Source: an uncultured delta proteobacterium
Lineage (GTDB): Bacteria > Myxococcota_A > Polyangia > Polyangiales > Polyangiaceae
DNA: 64,000 nt
Direction: 5' to 3'
Assembly (NCBI GenBank): GCA_963782055.1
Contig: CAWAIF010000002.1
Location: 1-64,000, forward strand
The first letter of the stretch is position 1; every line of letters starts with the position of its first letter. The notes below the pieces were generated by a model. The model saw only the letters and a program-made list of their open reading frames with translations. It made no database searches and was not told the origin of the DNA. Both the position numbers and the translations under genes were made by a program. Positions 19,850 through 29,646 of this stretch are shown here, in pieces.

Positions 19850-21067
19850 CTACGCACCCGGCAGGAGGGCGACGGCGTCCCGGAGCACCTTCCCGATCTC
19901 GGTCACGACGTTGGGCGGACACTGCGTGCAGATCCACTCTGCGAATTCGAGCTTCGAGTCCTTGTGGACCACATAGCGTTCGGCGCACTTGCTGTCAGGC
20001 GCCTTGTCGCGGTACTCGATAGCTATGTGGAGCTCGGGGCGTCGCCGGTTAGCGGCTGCGAAGAACTGACGCACCGTCTCGATCGGGATGAGGTCCTCGA
20101 TTTCGACCTCGACCTCGAGCCCGCGTTCTTTCAACGCGCCGGCGAGCGGATCGCGGCCCTCGGGCAGGAGGCTAGCAGCGTAGCCGAATCCCGTGAGGAG
20201 CTTGTGCTGCTCGCGACCGATGCGGTCGAAGTCGAAGATCGCGACGCTGCTCCGGCCCTCGTTTCGTAGAGCCAGGGCGCGCCCCGCGATCTTCGATGCC
20301 GATCCGCACGGGATGATCTCGAGGGTGCCCAGGTCCGGACAGACCGTCCGTGCGGCATGTGCGAAGTAGAGCTTGTCGCTCTCGCCCTCGACGAGGATGG
20401 CTCGTTGCTGGCGCTGTTCGCTCCGGAGCCTCGACGCCAGCTCAACGAGCCCGAATCGGTCCGGGAGCGGGATGACCTTGCCCGCTTCCCGAAAGACCGT
20501 GATCAGGAAATGGAAGCCGGTTTCCCAGTAAGCGACGGTGTCGAAGACCGTGCACAGGTCCTCGCAGAAGCCCGGAGTTGCCGCGTTCGGGTCGTTCCAT
20601 TCTGCGCGCGCGACGGTCTCCAGGATCTCGCGCGCATCCGCGCGCCGCAGCGACGCCTCCTCTAGGTGAGCCACCTCGGAGTCCGGCAGCGTCTTCAGAT
20701 GATCTTCCCCTACCGTGGCCGTGGCGATGACCCGGTGCTGCTGCCGGTGGGTCGCCCCAAAGAGGACCTTGCGGGCGGAGTTGTCCAGCTTGTCGACACC
20801 ATCGACGAGGACGACCGTCTTCGCCTCCGCCTCCACGCGTGCCATCGCCCCTCGATAGTCGGTGCGCGGGTCCACGAGGATGGGGCTCGGACCGAGGGTC
20901 GCTGCGGCGAACCGAACGATCGTCGTCTTTCCGCTTCCCGGAGGTCCGAGGATCAGGAGGTGTCGGGGCTGGCCGTGCTCGAGCGAGCGAGTCAGCGTCG
21001 CGACCACGCGCTTGGTCGAGGGATCGTTGGCGACCGGAGGTGTCGCCTCGGGTCGTCCGGTCGTCAT
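19850..21067 (-). CDS. AAA+ ATPase (degenerate NtrC/sigma54-activator-like) fused to an OLD-type TOPRIM nuclease domain, 405 aa
   Basis: ATG 21067 overlaps the upstream TGA. Walker A LILGPPGSGKTT, Walker B-like VVLVDGVD, RVIATAT, SLRRAD. TOPRIM motifs AILVEGESD, AIFDFD and EIEDL. Confidence 0.85.
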   Translation of the reverse strand: MTTGRPEATPPVANDPSTKRVVATLTRSLEHGQPRHLLILGPPGSGKTTIVRFAAATLGPSPILVDPRTDYRGAMARVEAEAKTVVLVDGVDKLDNSARKVLFGATHRQQHRVIATATVGEDHLKTLPDSEVAHLEEASLRRADAREILETVARAEWNDPNAATPGFCEDLCTVFDTVAYWETGFHFLITVFREAGKVIPLPDRFGLVELASRLRSEQRQQRAILVEGESDKLYFAHAARTVCPDLGTLEIIPCGSASKIAGRALALRNEGRSSVAIFDFDRIGREQHKLLTGFGYAASLLPEGRDPLAGALKERGLEVEVEIEDLIPIETVRQFFAAANRRRPELHIAIEYRDKAPDSKCAERYVVHKDSKLEFAEWICTQCPPNVVTEIGKVLRDAVALLPGA

Positions 21068-24000
21068 GGGATAAGGAGGAGGCCCCGGTAGTTGAGGGCC
21101 ACGGAGAGCCGGAGGTGCTGGCCGATGGAGACCCCGCTGGGCGCGACCGCAGAGACGACTTCCGGTCCGAGGCGTCCCTCCCAGGAGAGGTCCGGGATTC
21201 GCGCCTTCACCCTGAGCCCTTCGGCCTGACTGACGACCACGTCGAACGGCCGCGCGTGCCCGGTCGAGTCGGTGAGCACGGCCAGTTGTCCAACGCGCCA
21301 TCGGCGGCCAAGGGACTGGCGGTCAAGACGCTCGAAGAGGCGCTGCGCGTCGTAGCCCTCACCGAGCTGGTAGAGCGCCCAGCCGGAAAAGAACAGCGCG
21401 TACGAGAGGTCGGCGTCCGCCTCGAAGCTCAGGCGCGCTTCGACAATCTGCCGGAGGAGCTCCCACTGGTCACGCTCGGCGGCGACGAACACCGGAGTCC
21501 CTTTGCCGAACGAGTCTCCGACGAAAACATCGACCCAGAGCCCGTGGAGCAAGCGGACGGCGCGCAGATCGGCGAGGACCGCGGGGCGATAGCCCGTCAG
21601 CCGCTCAAGCTCTGCGCGTGCTGTCTGGCGCCGCTGTGCGGGCGGCGCGGCGTCGAGTATAGCCCGGGTCCGCACGCATTCTCCCGCGAAGTCGCCCCGC
21701 ATCCGCATCGCGGTCGCGAGCTGCTCGGCGACCGCGTGCTGCTTGCGGAGCCCGTGGAACTCGACGAGCCGCCGCTCATAGTCGGAGCGGTGCTTGCCCT
21801 CGAGCGGCTCCTCGCGCGCGAGGTCGAGCGTGTTCTGAATCGTGGCGAGGAGGCGCGTGCAATCCTCTTCATCGAGGTTCGGAAGGGATTGAAGGGCGTT
21901 GCGGTGCGCCCAGAAGTTGATGTCGAGCGGGTCGTAGCTCGGCGCCGCAACGCGGGCTCGAGCGACGTCGCTCTCGATCTCGGCGAGGAGGGGGCGCACA
22001 GATTCGTAACGAGCCGCCGTGTCTGCGGCGTTGCTCGTCCGTAGGACTGAGGTCATCAGCGTCCCCCGGATGTCGGCCGCGAGCGTCAACACCCGCGCCA
22101 TCTCGTGGCTTCGTGATGGGGATGGATGGCGCGTCGAAAGGACCTCCTGCGCGACATGGAGGAGCTCGAGCGCGCGCTCGCAATGGCTGCGTTGTTCGTC
22201 GCTCCCGGGGGTGCCGCTCTTCTGGGCCAGGTCGCCGAGCACGATCGCATGCCACGCGAGGAGCTTCGGATGAACGACGCCCACCGTCGTGCGAAGCATC
22301 TCGAACAGCTCGTCGAGGGCGAGCAGCGACTCCCGCGAGGCGTAGCGCTCGGCCTTCCGGCCGCGAGGTCGAACGGCCTCGATGAGCGCGATCACGAAAT
22401 CCTGGGTCGGACGGGTGCCGGGGAGGGCCTCCGCATCCCACTCGATCGCGCGCGCGAACTGCGAGAGGAGAGCGAGCTGGTGAGCCTTGCTCGGACGCAT
22501 CCATCGCAAGAGGAGCTCTGCGACGAGGGCGTGCTCGGTCGAGAGCCCGACGCCTCCTTCGGCGTCGAGATCAACCTCCTGCACGAGCGCGCTCTTCTCG
22601 AACAGTCGCGCGAACCGGCCGTAGTTCGCCAGGAGGCGTCCGCCGAGCGCTGCCGACAGGACCTCGACGGGGACGGCGAAGTCTAACTGCGACGCGAAGA
22701 GGGTGAGCTCGAGGATCTGGCGAACGTCGTGGTCGAGATCGAACCGGGTCTGCTCGCGACCTCGCTGCGACGAGGCGAGCTCCGGGAAGCGCGCGCGGAG
22801 CTGCGCCGCCAGCCCCTCGTTCCGGAACGTGTCGGTGTCCCCTACGTCCGCATGCGACGCGGTCCGGAAGCGCTCGATCTCCTGGAGCAGCGGCGGGAGC
22901 GCGCCGATGCGGACCTCCGGAAATGCGGACGAGAGGAGCTCGAGGATGTGCGAACCCGCGTGGGCCGGAAGCGCCGTCTGGAAGCCCAGCCGCTTGAGCC
23001 AGTCCTGGAACCCCGACGCTTCGCTCGCGTCCACAGCCGAGTCGACTGGGATGCGCGTGACGAGATCCTCGTCGGTCACTTGTCCGAGGCGATTCTCCAC
23101 GCCGAGCAGGAGGGCATTGCGGCCGCTTGAGTTGAGGTGCTCGTTCAGCTGGACGTACTCCTCGACCTCGAGGTCGTCGGCGACGAGCACGACCCAGGAC
23201 GCCCCGCGTTCCTGGATCAGGCGTACGACACGCTCGATCGCCGTGTGGTCGATAAAGCCGGCTCGCCTCAGCAGGAAGAGGACGCATACCTCGTGCTCGA
23301 CGCGCAGCTGCCAGGCAGCGTCGAGAAGGCCCAGCGACTTTCCGACCGCGGGCGGTCCGCTAAGCAAGCGCGGGACGCGTCGCGCCGCGACGGCCCGGTC
23401 CGTCTCGTGGACCGAGCTCTTTCCACGATCGAGGAAGGCCCGAACGCCGTCGACGAGCTGTCCGGTGGCGGTCCTCCCGAAGATCATCCCCATCGCAGGG
23501 CCGGACCAGTCGGGGACGCCCGCCCTCGATTGCCTAAGGAACCGCGCGATCGCGCTCTTGTCCCGGACACGCTCCTCGCGAAGCCGATCGATCGCTTCGT
23601 CGTCGAGAGCGCTGGCGACGCTGCTGATGTGGCGCCAGTCCGACGCGGTAAACCGGACGGGACGAGCGCGACCGTCCACGCGCAGCGTCATCACCCGCTC
23701 GGAGGTCCCGAAGACGCGTGTCCGTGCCTCCTGCAGCTGGCTCTTCACCTCGGAGTTCGTGTTCCAGTCGCGGATGTGGTCGCCCAACGTCCGAGTATCG
23801 ACCTGCGCCCGCGCCGCGAAGTCGGTGGGGAGCGTCCGCGGCGTCGTCCCGAAGATGAAGATGCGGCCCTCCGGGACGGTCTCCAGGCCGTAGCTGAGAA
23901 CCTCTAGCGTCGCGGCGTCGAGCCAGTCTCGCGGCGACCATCCCGCGATTACGAGGACTCCGCGGAGTCCCAAGAGGTCCGGCAGGGCCTCCGCGACGCT

Positions 24001-24496
24001 CGCGGTCCCGAGCTTCCTCGCCCGCTCGAGGGCCCGGGAATTTCGGGGGATCTCGCAGCCGGGCAGACCCGAGAGCGAGCCGTAGAGGCGCACGACGTTG
24101 AGGGTCTTCGTCGACCTCGCACGCGCGAGCCCGCGGAGTCGTGCCGGAGCAACTTCGACAAAGTCGCGCTGGACGCCCGCCTGTCGAAAGGCGGTGTCGG
24201 CGGCGCTATCCACCGCCGAGCAAAGGACGCAGCTCCATGGCAGGGACGCGATCTCCATCAGTTCGAGGGCAGGCTCGCGTTCCTTCAGCAGCGAGTTGAT
24301 CTGGGTCCAGCGGTCGGCGTCGTCGGCGGCAGAGGTGCAGAGCGCCGGAAGGCTCTCGGGCATCGATGCGCTTCCGACTTCCGATGGCCTCTGCCTCACG
24401 CAGGATCGTGTTCACCAGCTCCGGCGTGTGGTCCTGTCCGAGGAGAAGGACCGCATTGCCCGAGACAATCGCATTGCGAACGGCTTCGGTATCCAT
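21064..24496 (-). pseudogene. Pseudo-Sir2 plus P-loop (STAND-like) NTPase plus helical repeats plus C-terminal OB/cold-shock-like domain; 1141 aa if the 7-bp duplication at 24371-24384 is removed
   Basis: MDTEAVRNAIVSGNAVLLLGQ in one frame. LPWSCVLCSAVD, VRLYGSL, LVIAGWS, GPPAVGKS, WVVLVADD and terminal GQHLRLSVALNYRGLL in the 21064-24399 frame. The frames join when one CTTCCGA copy is deleted. Confidence 0.8.
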
Positions 24497-24652
24497 TCTG
24501 TGCTTGAGCTGCTGCCGTGACTGCCAAACGCCGCCCTCATGGGGCCAGCGATCGCCAGGACCATGGGACCAGGCGAAGATGTCGAGCGACCATTCTCTTG
24601 ATGCCACGACTCGGGGGTGCTCGTCGAGGCCGCCGAGGCGGAGCCGAGGTAG

Positions 24653-25190
24653 TCACCGCCGGGACCGACGAGGCGGCGGGTTCTTCTTGCCCACCGGAGC
24701 CGCAGGCAGAGGTCCATCCTTGTCGACGCTGGGCTTCAGGCGCGACCGGTAGGACTCGCCGTCGATGACGAGGCCGTAGGCGTTGTTCTTGAAGCTGTCG
24801 ACCGCGCTCTGCGCCAGGAGCGTGTCATCGAAGACGCTGAGCCACTCGGCGGTGTCGCGGTTGCTGGTGACGACCGTGGATGCACGGCGTCGCGCTCGAC
24901 CAAGAGATGGTACGCGGCGCGGCTCTCGTCGCGCGTCATGGGCTCGAGCGCGAAGTCGTCGATGATGAGGAGATCGACCGAGCAGAGCGAGGCCGTCACC
25001 GCATCCCTCGAGTTGTCGAGACGGCTCTGACGTAGCTGCCGCAGCAGCGCATCGGCGCGCGTGAAGCGCACTTGGAACGCGGCGTGGCAGGCGACGACGC
25101 CGAGGGCGCTGGCGCGGAAGGTCTTGCCGACGCCGACGGGCCGAGGACGGACGTTGCGCTTGGCCTCCACGAATCCGATCCAGATGCTCT
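24653..25190 (-). pseudogene. istB: IS21-family IstB ATP-binding protein relic (frameshifted)
   Basis: PVGVGKTF.ASALG..AC and DLLIIDDFAL, then after a frameshift STVVTSNRDTAEW..F.D.LLAQSAVD..GESYR. No istA nearby. Confidence 0.85.
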
Positions 25191-25379
25191 CGCTGGCGAT
25201 GATCGTCACACGAAGCGGAGGCTGCACAGCTCGGAGAAGATGCGCTTGTTGTAGTGGACCACCGCTACTGGCTGCCGTCGAGAGGGCCACTACACGCGGA
25301 GGCCGACCGCCTGTTCGAGCAACTTGCGGGCCGGCCCTAAATTTAGCGGCACCCGCCTTCACCGCGTATTGTTCCGTCG

Positions 25380-25589
25380 ATGACGCTGGACCAGCTTGTC
25401 GGGCAACTGGAAGATCAGGCGAAGGAGATCATGAAGGGCGCCAGGGCGCTCGCAGAGCGCCTGGAGGAGAAGAAGAAGGAGGGAACGGTCTCCAAGGCCG
25501 ACGAGGAGCAGTGGCACGACGCCGTCTGCGCGAACGTCAAGAAGGCGGAGGAGCTACGGCAAGATGTCGCGAACCTGCTCACGCTGTAG
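25380..25589 (+). CDS. Small helical hypothetical protein (69 aa)
   Basis: Protein-like composition (K/E-rich amphipathic helices), unlike the surrounding shadow ORFs. Confidence 0.6.
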   Translation: MTLDQLVGQLEDQAKEIMKGARALAERLEEKKKEGTVSKADEEQWHDAVCANVKKAEELRQDVANLLTL

Positions 25590-26416
25590 GGCAGCGGTCA
25601 CGATCCCCGGCGCTTTCACAGGTGCGGCATCTTCCTGCGGTCCCGGGGCGTCGGAGCCTGATAGGTAGAGATCGACCGGTTCGCCCCCGCAATTTTGAAC
25701 CTACGACCTGCGGCGTGAACCGTTCACAGGCGACGACATCGCGCTCGCCCACGTCCCGCGCTCGAGCCGCGATGATCTGCACCGCCTCCCACGCCGCCGC
25801 CATGATCGCCGCATTCAACTTCCGCCGCCTGCACGCCCATCGGGCGGCGAACAGGCAGCGACCCTCGAAACGTTCCGCTTCGTCTGCTTCCGGATCTCCT
25901 TCCCCGCCCTTCTCCGCCGCGTCCCCCGCCGCCTCCCTCCGCTCTTTGTAACCGCAGGTCTGATCTCGAAGGCGGCATCTGCCGTACGGGTGATCACTTC
26001 CGCGGCGCCGGACTCCTCAGCCGTTGGGTGCGCGCGCGGATGATGCCGAGCCACGCGACGGCCAAGCACGGTCCAGGGAAGATGCCCGGCGAACGAACGC
26101 GCGCCTCCCGCCCGGGCGCGGGAAGCTACGCACCGACCGTCGAACGTTCACCGCCCCGCGCAAGACGCCGCGCCTCGAGCTCCCGCACCAGCAGCACGAC
26201 CACATCGAACCGCCCGGCCTCGGAGGCCCGATCGATAGCCCTGGCCAGGGCGACCTCGACGCGGTCGATGCCGTCCTCACCGGCCCCGTCGCAACGGTCC
26301 AACGAATGGTCCAAGCCGTCCTTGTTCAGTGCTGTTTCAGCAGGTGTCGTCGCCGAGGCCGACGCCGCAACCTCGCGATCCCCTTGCGACACCGCGACGA
26401 CCGAGGACACCTGGTG

Positions 26417-26440
26417 GGGTTCGAATCCCGCCCTCTCCGC
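26417..26440 (+). other. att-like duplicated tRNA 3' end (tRNA-Ser-like), right boundary of the island
   Basis: GGGTTCGAATCCCGCCCTCTCCGC is a T-loop plus the 3' acceptor strand. No 5' half upstream. Decayed and mobile DNA lies to the left, intact genes to the right. Confidence 0.8.
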
Positions 26441-26515
26441 TGATTCCGTGCCGTCCGGCGCAGCGCGAATCTTGCGTCGGGTTGCGCTTCCGCGCACCGG
26501 CCGTAAGGTCGCAGG

Positions 26516-28117
26516 ATGACCCACCCGCGACCACGCGATCACGCGGAGCGGCCGCCGGAGCGCTTCAAGCTGGCGACGTTCCTCAGGGAGAACCGCGAGC
26601 GCATTCTGCGCGAGTGGGAGCAGGCCACGCGCCGGCTCCCTGCGGCCGCCGAGCTGGAGCCTGTCGCGCTGCGGGACCACATGCCCGGGCTCCTGGACCA
26701 CCTCTGCGAGGTCGTCGAGGGACACGACGCCGCGCTGGCGGACCTTCCCGCCGTGCACGCGTCGCAGCGCATCCGGCAAGGCCTGAGCCTCGAGCTGGTG
26801 GCCCGCGAGTACGCGCTGCTGCGCGAGACGGTCCACCGGCTGCTCGAGGCCGAGCGCGCCACGGTCGGCGTGGGCGTCGAGCGCGTGTTCAACGCGGCGC
26901 TCGACGAGGCCGTGGTGCAGGCGGTCACCCGGTATCACCGCGCGCGCACGCGCACGCTCGAGACCCTCGAGGAGCTCTCGCGCGAAGCGCTCACGTCGCG
27001 GGAGGACCTGCGCGGGCTGCTCCGGAGCTTCCTCGGTCTCGTGGAGTCGGCGATCGGTTCGGTGGACACCGCCGCCGTGTACCTCCGCGACGAGAGCGGC
27101 CTGGTGCTGCGGGCCGCGGTCGGCGTCGAGGCCGGCCTGGAGGACCGGTTCGCCCTTCGCGTGGGCGAGGGGTTCGCGGGCGCGATCGCGGCGCGGAAGC
27201 AGCCCATGTTCACGCGGTCGGCCACCCGCGAGAAGCTCGTGAGGAACGAGGCGCTGCTGTTCGCCGGCGTGCAGGCCCTCTACGGCGTTCCCCTGCTCGA
27301 CGGCCAGGAGCTCGTCGGCGTGGCGAAGATGGGCTCGCGCGACGAGAGCGCCTTCACCGAGGACGAGCGGCAGCTCTTCCGCAGCATGGCCGCGCGCGCG
27401 GCCGGGCTCATCGCGCGCCGGCAGGTCGCGGAGGAGCGCGAGCTCACGCTGGGGATGCTCGGCCACGACCTGCGCTCACCCCTGAACGCCATCATCCTCG
27501 GCGCGGACTACCTCACCCGGCACGAGGAGCTCTCGCAGCCCGCGGTCCGCACCACGCGCCAGATCCTGGCCGCCGGGCGGCGGATGAACCGGATGATCGG
27601 CGACCTGTCCGACTACACGCGGCTGCGCTTCGGCGTCGGGCTGGAGATCGAGCCGCACGTCGGCGACCTGCGCGAGGTCGTCGATGAGATCTCGGGAGAG
27701 CTGCGGCGGCAGGGGCAGGTGGACGTGGACCTGGCCGGCGATCTGGTGGGCGACTGGGACCGTGACCGCCTCGCCCGGGTGATCAGCAACCTCGTCAACA
27801 ACGCCATCGCGCACGGCTCGTCGTCGGGGCGCGTGGACGTACGTGTGGACGGGACCGACGCCCAGAGCGTGACGATCCGCGTGCACAACGAGGGCAAGGC
27901 GATCTCGCCGGCGCTGATGCCGCACCTCTTCGAGCCGTTCCGGCGGGGCGACGACGGGACGACGGGGATGGGACTCGGGCTGCACATCGTCAAGCGGGTC
28001 GTCGCGGCGCACGGCGGCACGATCGACGTCGCGTCCACGGAGCAGGACGGGACGACCTTCACGGTGCGACTGCCCCGGTGGTACGCGGACGAGAGCCCGC
28101 CGGCGCCGGGAGGCTGA
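26516..28117 (+). CDS. Sensor histidine kinase (RsbRD-N-like plus GAF plus HisKA/HATPase)
   Basis: LGHDLRSPL, NLVNNAI.H, FEPF and GMGLGL. GAF motif GEGFAG.IA. Confidence 0.92.
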   Translation: MTHPRPRDHAERPPERFKLATFLRENRERILREWEQATRRLPAAAELEPVALRDHMPGLLDHLCEVVEGHDAALADLPAVHASQRIRQGLSLELVAREYALLRETVHRLLEAERATVGVGVERVFNAALDEAVVQAVTRYHRARTRTLETLEELSREALTSREDLRGLLRSFLGLVESAIGSVDTAAVYLRDESGLVLRAAVGVEAGLEDRFALRVGEGFAGAIAARKQPMFTRSATREKLVRNEALLFAGVQALYGVPLLDGQELVGVAKMGSRDESAFTEDERQLFRSMAARAAGLIARRQVAEERELTLGMLGHDLRSPLNAIILGADYLTRHEELSQPAVRTTRQILAAGRRMNRMIGDLSDYTRLRFGVGLEIEPHVGDLREVVDEISGELRRQGQVDVDLAGDLVGDWDRDRLARVISNLVNNAIAHGSSSGRVDVRVDGTDAQSVTIRVHNEGKAISPALMPHLFEPFRRGDDGTTGMGLGLHIVKRVVAAHGGTIDVASTEQDGTTFTVRLPRWYADESPPAPGG

Positions 28118-28134
28118 GCGCGGCGACTGTCTGG

Positions 28135-29010
28135 TCAGCGGCCTGTCCGACGACTGCGGACCCGCCGGACCCGCGGCGCGAAGCCCACGTGCTCCGGCGT
28201 GAACTCCGCGAGGCGCGTCGCGGCGATGCGCGCGGCCTCCGGGTTGTCGTCCACCAGGACGAAGCCGCGGCCGTTGCGCGCCGCCGCCTCGCCTGTGGTG
28301 CCGCTCCCCGCGAAGAAGTCGAGCACCACGTCGCCCTGGCGCGAGTGCACCTTCACGATCCGGCTCAGCACCCCGAGCGGCTTCTGCGTGGGGTAGCCGG
28401 TCTTCTCGCGACCGCTCGTCGGGACGATGGTGTGCCACCACACGTCGGTCGGCGTCTTGCCGCGCGCGGCCTTCTCCGCCGACACCAGCCCGGGCGCCAT
28501 GTACGGGATGCGGTCCATCGCCTCCCGGTCGAAGACGTAGTCGTCCGGGTCCATCGCGTACCAGAGGATGGTGTCGTGCTTGGCCGGCCAGCGGTTCTTC
28601 GGCCGGCCGCCGTAGTCGTACGCCCAGACGATCTCGTTCTTGAAGCGGTCGCGGCCGAGCAGGGCGTCGAGCGCCACCTTGACGTAGTGGACCTCACGAG
28701 CGTCCAGGTGCACGAAGAGCGAGCCGTCCGGCGTGATGCAGCGCAGCGCGGCCTCGATGCGCGGCAGCAGGAAGCTCGCGTAGTCGTCGAAGGCGTCGGC
28801 GTACGAGCCGCTCCGCACCCTGCGCACGTCGTAGCGGCGGCCGCCGAAGCCGCCGCGCGCGCCCTCATCGCGCGCCGCGCTCACCCGCACGCGATCGCGC
28901 TTCTGCACCTTGCCGGTGTTGAATGGCGGATCGATGTACGCCACCCGGGCAAAGCTGCCCGGCAGCGTCGGCAGCACCTCGGCGTTGTCGCCCAGGATGA
29001 TCTTGCGCAT
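28135..29010 (-). CDS. Site-specific DNA methyltransferase (N4/N6, beta-class motif order)
   Basis: YIDPPFNTG precedes YPTQKP and VLDFFAGSGTT. Confidence 0.93.
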   Translation of the reverse strand: MRKIILGDNAEVLPTLPGSFARVAYIDPPFNTGKVQKRDRVRVSAARDEGARGGFGGRRYDVRRVRSGSYADAFDDYASFLLPRIEAALRCITPDGSLFVHLDAREVHYVKVALDALLGRDRFKNEIVWAYDYGGRPKNRWPAKHDTILWYAMDPDDYVFDREAMDRIPYMAPGLVSAEKAARGKTPTDVWWHTIVPTSGREKTGYPTQKPLGVLSRIVKVHSRQGDVVLDFFAGSGTTGEAAARNGRGFVLVDDNPEAARIAATRLAEFTPEHVGFAPRVRRVRSRRTGR

Positions 29011-29076
29011 CGGTCCAGGGTCGAGGCTACAGGCGAACGCCGCCGAGGGGCAGGCGATCGCTCACACGCTGGAAGG

Positions 29077-29583
29077 CTACTGCCGGGTGTAGGTGTGCGT
29101 CTCGTGGTCGTCCCCCGTCGGGTCCTGCGTGACGAACTGTGTCGCGGTGGCCGTGTACTGCATGGTGGCCGTCATCGCGCCGGGACATGTGGCGGTGAGG
29201 GTGAAGACGTTGCTGGAGGTCGTGTAGGTCGCCGTCAGGTGGACGTCGCCGGGGTTGGTGCTGTCGTTCTCCACGACCTGCAGCGAGCCGCCGGAGAAGA
29301 CCCACTTCTCCTGGTGCGTGGTGCCGCCCTGGTGACCGTTGTACTGGTCAGTGGCGGTCAGGATGTAGGTGCCGTCGGCGATCGTCCCGCCCGTCATGGC
29401 CGGCGGCGCCTCCGGGTGGCCCGTCTTGCTGACGACCGGACCGTCGTTGCTCAGCCCGTTGCACACACCTCCGTCGGCCGCCGCGGACGCGTCGGGTCCA
29501 CCCCCGTCGCCGTTGCTGCTGCACCCCGCGAGACACGCCCACCCGATCGCCATCAGCCCGAGGAGTCGTCGTGAATGTCGCAT
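29077..29583 (-). CDS. Hypothetical lipoprotein
   Basis: Lipobox LAGC, motif MTGGTIADGTYILT. Confidence 0.8.
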   Translation of the reverse strand: MRHSRRLLGLMAIGWACLAGCSSNGDGGGPDASAAADGGVCNGLSNDGPVVSKTGHPEAPPAMTGGTIADGTYILTATDQYNGHQGGTTHQEKWVFSGGSLQVVENDSTNPGDVHLTATYTTSSNVFTLTATCPGAMTATMQYTATATQFVTQDPTGDDHETHTYTRQ

Positions 29584-29646
29584 GCTCGCAGCATAGCCAG
29601 CGCGCTGGCGCCTCGTACCGCATGATCATGCGGTACGGCGGGATGG

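Noticed and set aside
19850..24496. Assignment to Gabija, Thoeris, Sir2-HerA or Avs5
   Set aside because: There is no UvrD, TIR or HerA partner, the ATPase next to TOPRIM is AAA+-like rather than ABC-like, and the Sir2 catalytic residues appear lost.
25720..26120. Intact integrase or other gene at the island end
   Set aside because: Only short broken frames with no recognisable recombinase motifs.
26340..26445. Complete tRNA gene
   Set aside because: Only the T-loop and 3' acceptor strand are present. There is no GGAGAG-type 5' strand, D-arm or anticodon arm upstream.
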